Positions 25,723-40,640 of a stretch of DNA of 64,000 bases are shown piece by piece; position 1 is the first letter of the stretch; the number at the start of each line of letters is the position of its first letter. Source of the DNA: Octopus vulgaris (lineage: Eukaryota); contig OX597827.1 of the NCBI GenBank assembly GCA_951406725.2, positions 58,404,001 through 58,468,000 on the forward strand, written 5' to 3'. Both the position numbers and the translations under genes were made by a program. The notes beneath the pieces were generated by a model that saw only the letters and a program-made list of their open reading frames with translations, was not told the DNA's origin and did not search any database.

Positions 25723-26224
25723 TTAGCCCAAAGTCAACCCTGATCAAAAAAACCCGAACCTCTCCAATATTCTCAAGGATTTCCAAAACTCCATAATCCA
25801 ATGTATATCCTTCCTTTTTTTTTAAAGATAGTGCATAGAGATTTGAAAGAAATTTGGCTGCTATTTCTAACAGTTCCAATACCTATGAAGAGGTTTCCTG
25901 CTTGACTCATATTCAATGGCTTAACAAAGGTAAAGGTTCTGTAGCAAACATTTGCAAGATACATTTAATACCAAGATTAACTTAGCCTTTCATCAGTTTG
26001 AGATCAATAAAACAGTATTAATCCAGAGTGATAGACTGATAGAAGCTAAATAACAGATGTGCAAATGTCTTCGCATTCTGAGTTCAAATCCCACCATGGT
26101 CTTCTTGGCTGGTAGAGTAAATTCATTATCTGATTTAATACCACCATTTTCAGAATGCCTTTAGCAGAGTTCACTCTACTGCAAGCATTTGGGTCTCTGG
26201 TTTGAGGATACATTCTTCCTTCCA

Positions 26225-26880
26225 AGAGGTAATGTTTATTGCCACTTAAATGTGGATGTTCTGTTGGAACAAATTATACTGTGGTAGATACCATGAGAAA
26301 ACTCACATATTGGCTTTTGGTACAAAATGCACTCTTGTTTATATTGCTAACAGGCAGATAAATCCCTGCCACATAATTTCAACATTCCTTAATCTCATTG
26401 ATGATGGATGCTTGACTGCTAGAGATAGCAGCAACGTATCTTCCCACCAGCAATATATAGAATAACAGTGCCAGAACAAGCACTGCTGTTGTGATAAGCC
26501 AGTGAGCTTGTTAAAAAATATATATAAGTGATAGAAGCAGTAATTAATAGAGAGAGGTAATATTTATCCCCACTTAAACATTTATGTTCTGTTAGAACAA
26601 ACTATACTGCCGTAGATGCCATGAGAAAAACTCTCATATTGGCTTTTGGTGCAAAATGCACTCTTGTTTATATTGCTGATGGGGAAATAAATCCCTGTCA
26701 CGTCCAGTACCAAGACTACTAGATCACATTATTTCGACATTCCTTGATCTCATCGATGATGGATGCCTGACTGATAAAGATAGCTGCAACTCATCTCCTC
26801 ATCACCAACAAATAGAATAACAGTGCCGGAACAGGCACTGGTGTTGTGATTACCCAGTGAGCTTGTTAAAAAATATATAT
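26225..26880. repeat. diverged tandem duplication of a ~300-330-bp unit
   Basis: 26225-26526 resembles 26553-26880 (AGAGGTAAT...GAGCTTGTTAAAAAATATATA). Confidence 0.85.
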
Positions 26881-28057
26881 TATGTGTGTCTGTGGAGTGC
26901 TCAGCCACTTGAATGTTAATTTCACAGGCAGGCTGTTCTGTTGATCAAATCAGCTGAAACATGGATCATCATAACTGATGTGTGTGTGTGCATATGTGTG
27001 TGTATGTATGTGTGTGTGTGTATGGATATTTTAGTTTATCAACACCAAGGTTAGAAGGTGACAGTAGTAGTTGGTTTAGATATTCAATTGCTGGAGAGAG
27101 AGAGAGAGGTGGGGTAGATATGAGTGAAAAAAAAAGTGGAGGATATCGAATGCACAGAGTATAGTTATTCATTCAAGTGTTTGCTTTGCTTTGCCCATAA
27201 TAATATTCTGTTAGATGGATGGTGTTCCAGCCATGACCATCACAACTTTTATTCAAACATATCATCTCAAGAACTGCATCCTCAAATATGCATTTTTGAT
27301 TGATTTTAAGATGAGCAAGTGTGATCTGAGTGAGATTTGGCTGCTACCCCTTGCAGTTTGAGAAACTGCACAGAAGCTTCCTTTTGTTAGTTTGAGCATT
27401 TATGTTTGCAAGCATGTATAAATGAGCACACACACACACACACATGCACACATGCATACACACGCACACATACATTCACAAACATACATACACACATCCA
27501 CACACTCACACATGCATGCATACACATGAATTTATACATACATATATACATACATACATACATACATACATACATGCATATTCTTTTACATGTTTCGCTC
27601 ATTTGACTGCGGCCATGCTGGAACACCATCTTAAAGGCTTTTTTTTAGTCGAAGAAATTGACTTCAGGACTTTTTCTTGATAAGCCTAGTACTTATTCTA
27701 TCGGGATCTTTTGCCAAACCGCTAAGTTACAGGGACGTAAACTCACCACCATTGGTTGTCAAGTGATGATGGTGGGAACAAACACAGATACAAAGACATA
27801 CACACATAAATACACACACTCACACACACGTGCACATACCCACACACACACATATATATGATAGTGAGGGCACATGGCCTAGTGGTTAGAGATGTTGCAC
27901 TCACAATTACTTGATTGTGGCAGACAGACAGAGAGACAGACAGACAAAGAGACAGACTGACAGACAGATAGACAGATAGAGACAGACAGACAGACAGATA
28001 AATAGATAGACAGAGACAGTCAGAGAGACAGACAGGCAGATACATAGATAGATAGAT

Positions 28058-28136
<79 letters not shown>

Positions 28137-29269
28137 CAGAAACAGTTAGACAAACAGACAGACAGATAGATAGACAGATACACAGGTATGTGCACTCATT
28201 CAGCTACATAAGAATACACATATTGTATAAAGAATGGCTTCCCATAGTTCTCTGAGACTTGACTGGATATAACAATATCTAACAATATCAAAAAGGAAAA
28301 GTGAACCTTTCTCCTTGATCCTAAGGTAAATATTAAGAGAAAGGTCAAACTAAAGGGGTAGGAGGTGGTATTTCAATCCCTCATGCACACGCAGAGTAAA
28401 CACACTTTGCACAAAGGCCTATGTATCTATGTATTCACGTATTATTGTATGCCTACATTTATGTATTCTTTATCATTCAATTTTCGCTTGTTTCAGTCAT
28501 TGGACAGCAGCCATACTAGGGCACTGCCTTGAAGGGATTTTAGTCAAATAAATTAACCCTGGTACTTGTTTTTCAAAAGTCTGGTACTTATTCTATTAGT
28601 CTCTTTTGCTGAACTGCTAAGTTCAGCAAGTGGTGGTGAAGGGGAAAAAACACACACACACACATCGCCATTGTCATCGTTGTCATTGTCATCATTATCA
28701 TCGTCATCATCATCATCATTTAATATCCCTCTTTTCCATGCTGGTATGAGTTGGACAGTTCAACATGAACAGACAAGCCAGAAGGCTGCACCTAGTTCTA
28801 ATGTCTGTTTTGGCATGGCTTCTACAGCTGGATGCTCTTTCTAACAGCAGAGTGTACTGGGTGCTTTTTACATGGCATCAGAACTGATAAGGTCACAAGT
28901 ACCTGCAAGATGGGGGTCCACAGCTGAGTGAATGAGACATAAAAAAAAATGGGATAGACAGACAGGAGCAGGTATCTTGCTGGAGAAGAGAATGCTAGTC
29001 TATCTCTCTCCTGATGGCTTGTCCATCAGGAGAGAGATAGAGAGAGAAAGAGCTGTGAGGTCAAGGTACAAGGTGAATATGAAAGAAAGATTAGGATAGA
29101 GGAGCAGAAAAGAGGGATATTTATACACATGTAAAAGTATATATACTATGATTATATATGTATATATGTATAAGTGTAAGTCTATATGGATATTTGTTCA
29201 TATTTTTTATATATATTAAATTATACGTGTATCCTGTTTCATGTATTAATATTTTTAAAATTCTTTATA

Positions 29270-29398
29270 GTCTCTGATGAGGCCTATGGTTATATATATA
29301 AGTACCCTATTTTTAAATGCCTACAACCTCAATATAATTGACAACTATAGGCACGAAATAAAACTACTTTTATCCATAGGCTGAAACAGCTGTAAGGA
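29270..29398 (+). ncRNA. type I hammerhead motif with large loop II
   Basis: CTGATGA-GGCCTATGG...CCATAGGCT-GAAA-C-AGCT-G-TA, with a short stem I. Confidence 0.65.
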
Positions 29399-30016
29399 GT
29401 GATTTTAATGATTTCAATAATTTATATTATGAGTTTTATAATTGTATTCATATCTTACATGTATTGAATATATGTATGCTATTAAGGTTCTCATTTTTGT
29501 TGGATGAATAAATAATTCAACATTCAAATATCCGAAAGCTGATGAACGAACTAAATTGTTTCTCCATTTTCTTATTTGTATTATATATATATATATAAAT
29601 ATATATATATATATGATAGGCTTCCACACAGTTTCCATTTACTAAATTCACTTAAAAGACATTGGTTGAACCAGGATTATAGTTGAAGACACTTGTCCAA
29701 GGTGCCATGCAATAGAACTGAACCTAAAACCACATGGTTGCAAAATGACCTTAACCATACAGCGATGCATGTGCCTATGCATGTATGCATGTGTGTGTGT
29801 GTGTGTGTGTACATATGTATGTATGTAATTATGTACATATGTATTTATTTATATATGTGTGTGAATGTATGTATATATGTATGTATATATGTATGTATGT
29901 ATGTATTTATGTATGCATGTATATACATACGTGTATGTATGTGTGTGTGTATGTATGTATGTTTGTATGTATGTATGTATGTATGTATGTATGTATGTAT
30001 GTATGTATGTATGTAT

Positions 30017-30380
30017 GACAACGAGGGTTCCAGTTGATCTGATGAGCGGAACAGAATGCTTGTGAAATTAACATGCAAGAGGCTGAGCACTCTGCAGACA
30101 CGTGTACCCTTAGCATAGTTCTCGGAGAGATTCAGCATGACACAGAGCGTGACAAGGCTATCTCTTTGAAGTACAGGTACAACAGAAACAGGAAGAAAGA
30201 GCGAGAGAAAGTTGTGGTGAAAGAGTACAGCAGGGTTCACCACCACCTCCTGTCGGCGCCTCATGGAGCTTTAAGTGTTTTCAGTCAATAAACACAACGC
30301 CTGGTCTGGAGAATCGAAACAGCGATCCTAAGATTCGTGAGTCTGCTGCCCTAACCACTGGGTCATTGCTTCTCCACTGT
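30017..30380 (-). mobile_element. SINE family B, tail type 2
   Basis: Reverse complement of the 47473-47863 type. Confidence 0.85.
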
Positions 30381-30945
30381 AAGTGTGTATATATGTATTG
30401 TGTGTATGTTTATATGTGTGTGTGTGTATGCATATACGCATGCATGCTTCTTGGGTTTTATACTAAAATCTTCTATGGTGGAGAGATGGCAGAATCATTA
30501 GCATGCCAGGCAAAATGCATAGTAGCACCTTTATGTTTAGTGTTCAAATTCCACCAAGTTCGACTTTGCTTTTATCCTTTCAGGGATCAATGAAGTAAGA
30601 ATCAGTCGAGCACTGGGGTCAATATAATCAATTAACCCCCTCCCCACAAACTTCAGGCCTCATGCTTATATTAAAAAGGATTATGAAATCATCTCATGGA
30701 TAGGGAAAAAGTTGGCTTCTAACTCAGGAAACATAGCTTTTTTATGGAAATTCCAGTAACATTAACTATGTTATCATGTATAAGAAGATAAGAAGAAGAT
30801 GAGATGACAAGGGAATAAATAATTATCTTCATTAGCTTACATCTGTTTCTGCTATAAGATGGAGACATGGAGCCTGAACAGCCTTTCAGCTGGCCAGCTC
30901 CTGTCAAACCATCCAACTCATGGCAGCATGGAAAATGGATGTTAA

Positions 30946-30989
<44 letters not shown>

Positions 30990-32798
30990 AATGAATAGGT
31001 GTTTCATTCTTCACATGCACACAGACACACACACATGCTTACAGATAAATGGTACTTCAACCTTAAGAAGCTGATTTTGGTGCTACCCCTGTCACCAATT
31101 GCTCTCCTACCACCATTACCACCATCATCACTGTCACCAATACCTCCACCACCATCACCACTGCCACCGCCGCCGCCACCACCACAACCACCACGACCAC
31201 CACCACTGCTGCTGTCACCAAAACACCCCACGACGACCACCATCACCACCACCACCACCACCACCACCATGTCACCATTCCCTTATCACCACCACCATTG
31301 CCGCTGCTGCTGCCACCACACGACAGCCACCATCACCATCACCGCCAGCATTGGTAGCACCACCTGCACCACTAGCCTATTGGTATCACATAACAATAAT
31401 ACCGGCATCATTCCCTTTGTTAAGGCAACTAGGTAACAGGTGGTTACAAGAGTTGTGTATAAAGCTTTATTCAAACCTTTTAGAGAGAGAAAGAGAGGAG
31501 GGAGAGCGAGAGAAAGGGAGAGGGGAAAGAAGAGAGAGAGAGATAGAGAGAGAGACAAGATCTACCTGATAGTAAAGGTAATCACTCTACATCTGCTTAA
31601 ACAACTTAAGAAAGGACCCTACTGAAAATAGCAGCTAAATCCACCTTTAATTACACCCTACTGTCTTGAAAAAGTCAAGGGCACGTTAGACGATGTAGCT
31701 CTAGATATATTATAATTCTATTTGTCTAGGATGCTTTGCAGGAATCAAACTTCAATATTTAATTAATACTATATTTTTATTAACCTCACTAGAATTATGT
31801 GGAGGCAAATGGCTTAGTGGTTAGGGTGTTGGACTCGTGATTGTAAGATTGTGGTTCAATTCATGAACTGGGCGATACATTGAGTGCTTGAGCAAAACAC
31901 TTCATTTCATGGTGCTTCAGTCCACTCAGCTGGCAAAAATAAGTAATACTGTGATGGACCTGTCCCGGGAGGAATATATATATGTACGCCTGAGAAACCA
32001 GAAAACTGGCCCTGTGCTTCTTTATGGAATGATGTGGACTAACCACCAGAAGTATGAAAGGCAAGGTTAATCCCAGTGTAATGTGAACTCAGGCTCTAAG
32101 GGATCCTAATTAAATGTTGCAGGGATTCTGGTCAAAGTTCTAATGATTCTTTCCATGTGTGGGAAACAAGAAAAGTGAAAGGATACTTTTGATAATGGGT
32201 CTGTTTAGACAGGACTAATTTTGGACTAAACTAAAGGGACAGCAGCAATGACTACAACAACAACAACAACTACTACAGCAGCAACAACAACAACAGCAAC
32301 AACTGTGTAAGCTTAACATATTTTTTGATACTACCATTATTTTTGTTTGAATTTTTTTAAGAATTTCTAACTTTTTTCTTTTTGCTTTTGATTTTTGTAT
32401 GTAAAAGACAGAAATGACCACAATAATAATAATAAGAGGTAAAAAAAAAACAAGAAAAATAGTGCATGCAAAACACATTAACAATAAAAAAAAATCAGCA
32501 AAAAAATCACACAACAGTAAAATTAATAACTAGTTACAATAAACAACAGCAACATAAAGAACAACATCAACAACATGAGTGAATGAGGTAATTTCTATGT
32601 AGTTGCTTGATTTGCTAGAAATAGCAACCAAATCTTCATCAGGTATAGCTGTGTGGTTACAAAGTTTGCTTTGCCGCCAAGCCATTGCGAGTTCAGTACA
32701 ACAGTGTAGCATGTTGGGCAAATGTCTTCTACTATAGCCCCAGGTTGACCAATAACTTGTGAGTGGATTTGATAGATGAAAACTAAAAGAGGGTCATT

Positions 32799-32854
<56 letters not shown>

Positions 32855-32859
<5 letters not shown>

Positions 32860-33011
32860 CTTGTTTCTTTTCTGTGTATCTTTCTGTCAAAGAGCGTAAG
32901 CTTGAAACATAAAAGACTTGTTCTATTTCTATTCCTGAGCGCCATACTAATACATTTGTTTGTCTGTACTCCACCTGCCTTCGTCTTTTGTTTATTTTCA
33001 TAAACCTTCCC

Positions 33012-33012
<1 letters not shown>
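32855..33012 (+). mobile_element. CUGUCGA-HHR family, copy 4 (CpG-decayed), flanked by (TA)n
   Basis: Reverse-complement match to 19568-19750. Confidence 0.7.
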
Positions 33013-33061
<49 letters not shown>

Positions 33062-33100
33062 ATGTATATATGTGTATATGTGTGTGTGTGTATATATATA

Positions 33101-33900
33101 TGGTTTCCACTCTATACTCTGCCTTTTGAACTCTGGCTCAAGTGATGGGCCCAGATCGCATCTCCTGTAACTATTCTCTCCCAAAAAGCTTTTGTCTTCA
33201 TCATTATAGCAGTTGAGTAAGCATTGACAGGTCTCTGTATGATTGAGCTTATGTGCTTCAGTAAGCTCTCTTGGCACCCATCTTGCACAGACTTTAAGGA
33301 AAAAAAGCTTGTCGTAGATGATTTCATGTGCAGAACCATGACTAATTTATTTCTTTACTACCCACAAAGGGCTAAACACAGAGGGGACAAACAAGGACAG
33401 ACAAACGGATTAAGTCGATTACATCAACCCCAGTGCGAAACTGGTACTTATTTAATCGACCCTGAATAATTTCGGCAGAATCTTGCACAGACTTTAAGGA
33501 AACAAAGCTTGTCGTAGACGATTTCGTGTGCAGGACCATGACTAATTTGCAGAGAAAATATCACCTCATCGAAGGTCACTCATCAGTTTACCAGAACCAT
33601 CTCTCAAGCTTGTTGAATCTTCACATCAATGGTGGAGGAGGTTGAAGAGCATCTTGCTCCCTCTTCATGCTTCACATTTGTCTGGCTTTTTTTGAACCAC
33701 ACTTCTATATGATATAGCACTATTTCTGTATTGTACTGAAAGCAATGAATTTTAGCCCCTGACACATCTTCAGACCAGAGAAATGAGATCGTTGTTCTCT
33801 ATTATTCCTTGGTGCACCCTGCAGTCAGTAGAGCAGCCAAGTTTTTCACTGTAATACAAGAAAGAAAACTGGATCAATCAAAGTCAAACCTCAGTTATGT
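33101..33900 (-). mobile_element. degenerate mariner transposase relic
   Basis: (W)VPRELTEAHK-like, ERIVTGDAIW and EPEFKRQSIEWK motifs across frames. Confidence 0.8.
33347..33480 (-). mobile_element. SINE family C fragment flanked by a 68-bp duplication
   Basis: 33281-33348 is repeated at 33481-33548. Confidence 0.8.
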
Positions 33901-34199
33901 GACCACAAGCGTACTACCTTTTAGCACATGAGTGCTGAAGGTGGTGAGGTCAATCTAAAGAAAGTTGCTTATGTATATGTGTGTGCAACTTGCCATGATG
34001 TCAGGTGATATGGTTCTATACAGTAATCACTATTAAGCAGGTGATAGTGTTTAGATTCCAGTCTTCTGTGAAAGGCATGTCTGGCCATAGGAAAATATTA
34101 CCTTGCCTGGAAATAGATGGAAGAGCATCCACCCAAAAGAAAATCTGCCTCAACAAATTCCATCTGACACTTGCAAGTATGGGAAAGTGGTCATTGAAC

Positions 34200-34242
<43 letters not shown>

Positions 34243-34332
34243 ATTATAAGAGACCTCTTTTGTTATATATATTATATACATATAATGCATATAAGAGAAA
34301 GAACAAAAGAGAAAAAAACAGAGAGACATATA

Positions 34333-34727
34333 CTCTTTTACTTGTTTCAGTCGTTTGACTGTGGCCATGCTGGAGCACTGTCTTTAGTCTATCGAGCAAA
34401 TCAACCCCAGGACTTATAAGCCTAGTACTTATTCTATCAGTCTCTTTTCCCAAACCGCTAAGTTATGGGGACGTAAACACACCAGCATCGGTTGTCAAGC
34501 GATGGTGGGGGGACAAACACAGACACAAAAGCACACACACACACACACACACACGCACACACACACATATATACGACGGGCTTCTTTCAGTTTCCATCTA
34601 CCAAATCCACTCACAAGGCTTTGGTCAGCCCGAGGCTATAGTTGAAGACACTTGCCAAGATGCCACACAGTGGGACTGAACCTGGAACCATGTGGTTGGT
34701 AAGCAAGCTACTTACCACACAGCCACA
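34333..34727 (-). mobile_element. SINE family A, full length
   Basis: Similar to 1089-1491. Confidence 0.9.
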
Positions 34728-35244
34728 ACAATTATGATTCAGATGTTTATCGATCCCTTTGGATAGCCACATGGATCCAGGGGGATCAATAGTGATTACT
34801 TTGACAAACTTTGGTTTCGAATAAAATAAAAGTGAAAAATGCTGAGTTATTTTCCTGCTAGAGTTTGGGGCAATTAATAAAATTATGTAATGAACAGTGA
34901 CAGATGAGGGCTATATTAAATATATAACATCAAGGGTTAATCCTCTTTGTTAAGAGTTCACATCACAACTATATTTTCCCTTTTAACTTTTACTTGTTTC
35001 AGTCATTGGACTGTGGCCATGCTGGGGCACTGCCTTGAAGAATTTTTAGTCAAATACTTAAGTTTCCTTTAATTTTTTTTTTTCAAAGCCTGTTACTTAT
35101 TCTATCAGTCTCTTTTACCTGAACCTCTAAGGCTACAGTAATATAGGCAAATCAACAACAGCTGTGAAGTAGTAGGGATAGGTGAAAATCACACACATAC
35201 ACATGCATACACACACACACACCACATACCACACACACATACAC

Positions 35245-35297
<53 letters not shown>

Positions 35298-35380
35298 TAA
35301 ATACTTATTTATATATTATACACTCTATTGACAGATATATGAATGCATCTTTTTCCTGACTAATGAAATTTTAGATGACT

Positions 35381-35426
<46 letters not shown>

Positions 35427-35435
35427 TATGTATAT

Positions 35436-35484
<49 letters not shown>

Positions 35485-35592
35485 TATGTATGTAGATATA
35501 CATATATATGAGTGTGTGTGTGTGTGTAACAGCTCAGTAGTTAGGGTGTTGCACTCATAATCTAGCAATCAAGTATGTATACAGATATGTAC

Positions 35593-35676
<84 letters not shown>

Positions 35677-36499
35677 CATCATCATCATCATTTAATGTCC
35701 GTCTTCCACACATGCATAGGTAGGGCTTCCACACAGTTTCCATCCACCAAATTCACTCATTAGGCATTAGCTGACCAAGGACTATAGTAAGAGACACTTG
35801 CACAAAGTGCCGTGCAACAGGACTGAACCTGAGCCCCCAAATGGTTGCAAAATGAGCTTGTTAAACTACACAGCCATGCCATGCATGGAGATTGCATTTC
35901 ACAATACAACTAGAGACCCTAGGTATAGTCAACCGTCCCCACCCCCATCCTCCACCTTCAACAAAAAGGTTGAATGAGGCTCAAATGGTTTAAAAAGCAC
36001 AATACAACAGATGTCAGTTCTCTCTGGAAATTATAACTTCTGAACTGAATATTAATGCATGTTCACTTAAATGAATCAAAAAGTTTGCCAATGTTATTAA
36101 TAATTTCTCTTTGTGTGTGTATGTGTGTATGTGTGTGAGAGAGAGAGTGTGTTTGTATGTGTGTGCATATGTGTGCATGTATGTGTCTGTGTATGTATGT
36201 GTATGCATGTGTGCATCTGTGTGTATATGTCTGTATTTGTGTGTGTGTGTGTATTTTGTATGTGCATGTCTATGTGTATGTGTATGTGTGTGTATGTGTA
36301 TGTTTGTCTACGTATGTGTATGTGTCTGAGTGTACTTAAAAGGTTTTGCAAAATGTAACTGATATAGTCACAATATTTGGAGAATGTATTTCTTTTTAAA
36401 AGTTATTAGTTATAATTATGTTCCTATTTCGTTTAAAAATTTTTTTGATTGAAAATTTAGATAATTTGATAATTACATATGTAACACGTATGTATATGA

Positions 36500-36740
36500 T
36501 GCATATATAATACAAAACCACATTAAAATACAAATCCAAAACAGAAGTAAACACAAACATGAGAGAAGAGAGAAGAAAACAAAAGAGAAAGAAAAAGGAA
36601 AAAGAGGAAGAAAGAAAGGAAAAACATCAATTTAAGACAGGCAATAGCAAGGCTAAGGTGTTGGAGTAGCCAAACACCTTCATGGGAATCACCTAGCACC
36701 TCTGCAAGGCAAGCTGCCAACAATGACAAGGACTTTGCTT
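36500..36740 (-). mobile_element. CRE-like retrotransposon 3' fragment
   Basis: LAACLAEVLGDSHEGVWLLQHLSLAIA, homologous to 15541-15660. Confidence 0.65.
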
Positions 36741-37061
36741 AAGAAAAATTCTTAGAAAAGCAGAATGATATGAATTCTTTTTGAATAAAAATTTTATATT
36801 GTGTGTGAGTGTTTGAACAATGAAAGTGCTTACACACAATATGGAAACTTCATTCCATAAGCTTCATGTCATTCTGCTTATCTAAGTATTTCCTTTTTTA
36901 GATCCTTAAATCCTTAAAAATGTTTTAGCCCGAAGGCTGTGGCCATGCTGGGGCACCACTGCTGGAAATAGTTAATAACTTTTAAGAAAATCTTTCTTAA
37001 AATATGAGTCTGTGTGTGTGTGTGTGTTTACATGTGTGTGCAAAATAACAATTTTAACTGC

Positions 37062-37535
37062 TTGGCACCTTGAGTATGTGTCTTCTACTATAGCCTCGGG
37101 CCAATCAAAGCCTTTGAGTGGATTTGGTAGACGGAAACTGAAAGAAGCTCGTCGTATATAGGTATATGTATATATATATGTGTGTGTGTGTTTGTGTGTC
37201 TGTGTTTGTCCCCCCCCCCCAACATTGCTTTACAACTGATGCTGATGCGTTTACGTCCACGTAACTTAGCGGTTTGGCAAAAGAGACCGATAGAATAAGT
37301 ACGAATGCTAAAAGTGGAATGTACAAATGGGACAAGATGCTCCAACCTGTTTAGTCGGATAGAAACTCCAAATAAGAAATTATTTGAATTGTTAAGAGTA
37401 GGTGTTGGAGAGGCTGTGTGGTAAGCAGCTTGCTTATGAATCACATGGTTCCAGGTTCAGTCCCACTGTGTGGCACCTCTTCTACTATAGCTTTGGGACA
37501 ACCAAATCCTTATGAGTGGATTTGGTAGAAGCTCG

Positions 37536-37606
<71 letters not shown>

Positions 37607-37798
37607 CGTATGTGTGTGTATATGTTTGTGTGTCTGTGTTTGTCCCCACCAACATCGCTTGACAACCGATGCTGGTGTGCTTACGTCCCTGTAACTTAGC
37701 GGTTCGGCAAAAGAGACCGATAGAATAAGTACTAGGCTTACAAAGAATAAGTCCTGGGTTCGATTTGCTCGACTATAAGCGGTGCTCCAGCATGGCCG
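37062..37798 (+). mobile_element. two SINE family A copies (37062-37300 and 37400-37798)
   Basis: Similar to 12103-12538. Confidence 0.85.
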
Positions 37799-39532
37799 AT
37801 GCCTTTTCTCACATCATCTATTGTCCGATGCTTTTTCTCACATCATCTGCTCTTCAAAGTGTCCTGTGTACATTTTTTATTATGACACTAGCACTAGAGA
37901 GGTTATCATGTCCTTGATATGACTAAAGAATGGACCTTTTACACCCTGCATTGTTGATGATTGGAAGTGTAGCTAGGTGTAGAACATTTGCCTTACACAC
38001 TTCCATGTGAATCATGCAAGCACAGAAAAGTGGACTTTAAAACAACAATGATGATGGCAATGATGATGATGAAGTTTTTTTTAAAAGTTTTTTATTTGTT
38101 TCAGCTATTTGACTGTGGTCATGCTGGGGCCCCACTTTGAAGAATTTTAGTCGAATGAATCAACCCCAGAACTTGTTTATTTTTTTTTTAATACCTGGTA
38201 CTTATGCTATCAGTTTCTTTTGCTGAACTGCTAAGTTATGGGGACATAAGCGCACCAATACCGGTCATCAAGCAGCAGGTGGGGACAAACAGAGACACAC
38301 AGGTAGACAGACAGACAGACAGACAGAAACACACTTACACACACACACACACTTGCACATACACCTACACACACTTGTACATACACACACATACTTTCAC
38401 ATACACACACACCTTCACATACACACACAACACACACGCACATGCATGCACACACAACACACATATACACGCATGCACATGTAACACACACAAACACAAA
38501 CACACACACATGCATGCTTACACACAAATACATGCTTACACACAAATACACACATACACTCACACACATACCAGGCTTCTTTCAGTTTTCATCTACCAAA
38601 TCCACTCACAAAGCTTTGGTTAGCCTGGTGCTAGAATACTTGCTACCGAACCCAGAACTGCCATGCACTGCTAACAAACCCAGAACTGTGTGGTTGGGAA
38701 GCCAACTCCTTGCCACACAGTCATACCTATTTAACTATATAGAATATGAAGTACATTAGTTTCTGATATGTATTATGAAATATTGATTCAGCCCAATGAT
38801 AACTGCCTGTTGCTGTTTGGAATTTAATTTCCTTATTTGTATTATTAGCTTTGTATCATACCACCATCTGGATAGGCAAACTTCCACACATCAGTGACAG
38901 AAAACAACTGATATTGATTAGATTAACTTGTCTTTGTTTTATGTTCACTGTGATGTTAATGTGACCTGAATAATAGTCATTTGATTAAAGTTTAATTATA
39001 TTTTATTTTATTGGGACAAGACACCTGTGCCTATCCTTCTGTTATACATTTCTTCAACCCCAGCAACTGGCATAAAGCCACTTTTCCCACACAATTTCAG
39101 ATATTTCATCCCACTTCCCACTTAGCCGAGGGTGATATTTTCTTTATTCATTTCACTTGTATTGTTCTTCTCCTATCCTCCAAATTATCTGGTGGGGAGT
39201 GGCATCGAAGAAAGCACACAGTACATGCTGTAAAGTGGTTGGTGTTTTTAGGAAGGGCATCCAGCCATAGAAACCATACCAAAGCTGTCAAAGAGCATGA
39301 TGCAGTCTCGTGGCTCACTGGATCCTGTCAAATCATTAAACCCACAAAATACACCCCCACACATACACTCACACACACACACACATACATACATACATAC
39401 ATACATACATACATACATACATACATACCCTGTTGTTGATGTTGAAATTCCAATGAAGGAACTTTGTATGTAGGTTAGAAACCAGCTCTTTCTCTATTGG
39501 CAAGAAATCTTGAAATAAAACTGATTAATGAC

Positions 39533-39905
39533 ATGCATACATACATACATACATACGTACACACATGCATACATACATACATACATACATACATACATAC
39601 ATGCATACATACATACATACATACATACATACATACATACATACATGCATGCATGCATGCATGCATACATACATACATACATACATACATACATACATAC
39701 ATACATACATACAAACATACATACATACATACATGCATACATACCTGAATGCATGCATGCATCCATCCATCCATCCATCCATACATACATATATACATAC
39801 ATACATACATACATGCATGCATTCATACATACATACATACAAACATACATACAAACATACATGCATGCATACATACATACATACATACATACATACATAC
39901 ATACA
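39533..39905. repeat. (TACA)n microsatellite with TGCA/TCCA variants
   Basis: Direct inspection. Confidence 0.95.
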
Positions 39906-39989
39906 TGCACATATTTATATACTTACATAACAAGATTTTCATTTTTCATCTACTAAATCAAGCCAGTGATTTTGATGTTATTGCTTTAC

Positions 39990-40640
39990 GGAGCTGAATC
40001 TTAGACATTGTACCAAAAGCACATCAACTAGCTTGATACTTTCCATATGCAATGCTGAGTGACCATATTTGTAACAGTGAGGTGCTAACAAAATGCAACA
40101 TATCAGGTATTGAAACCATCTTCATCAAAATACAGCTTAGATGGTCATGACATCTCATGTATGAGTAGCATCAGAATTCCAAAGCTACTTTACTTTGGCC
40201 AATTTCCAACAGGGAGGTCACTTGGAAGGCCACTCATGTGCTTGAAAGACAAATTAAAAGATAATCTGAAGCAATGCAACATTTCCTTTTCTTTCTCAGA
40301 AAACAAAGCATCAGAACACGGGACCTGGCACCAATCCTGCTTCTCCTCAGTTCAAAGATTTGAACAAAGTTGATTCCAGCATCGGGACCAATTTTATGCA
40401 AGCATGGATACACGCTGGCAAAATGCTGCTTCTCTAGATGGAAGCCTTACCTGTCATTGTGGTTTTGTGACATGAAGCACAGCAGGCCTTGCCATCCACT
40501 CACGATAATACATACTAAATAATCCGCAAAGCACTCAAGCAAACTGTGTCCTCAACTTGTTCCATTTGCCAAAAGGTTTGCAAGGCATCAGCAAGCCTCA
40601 GGAGACACATTCATATCCATAGAACATGATTACTGCTTTA
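39990..40640 (+). mobile_element. RTE-clade LINE 3' relic with terminal C2H2-like finger
   Basis: QLRWS*H/MSSIRIPKLLYFGQFPTGRSLGRP...KDKLKDNLK, followed by CSICQKVCKASASLRRHIHIH. Confidence 0.75.

Noticed and set aside
30999-31569. Pro/Thr/His-rich ORFs
   Set aside because: Degenerate (CCA)n repeat open in several frames, with no splice or domain support.
39475-39997. Multiple MYVC/HTYI ORFs
   Set aside because: (TACA)n microsatellite.
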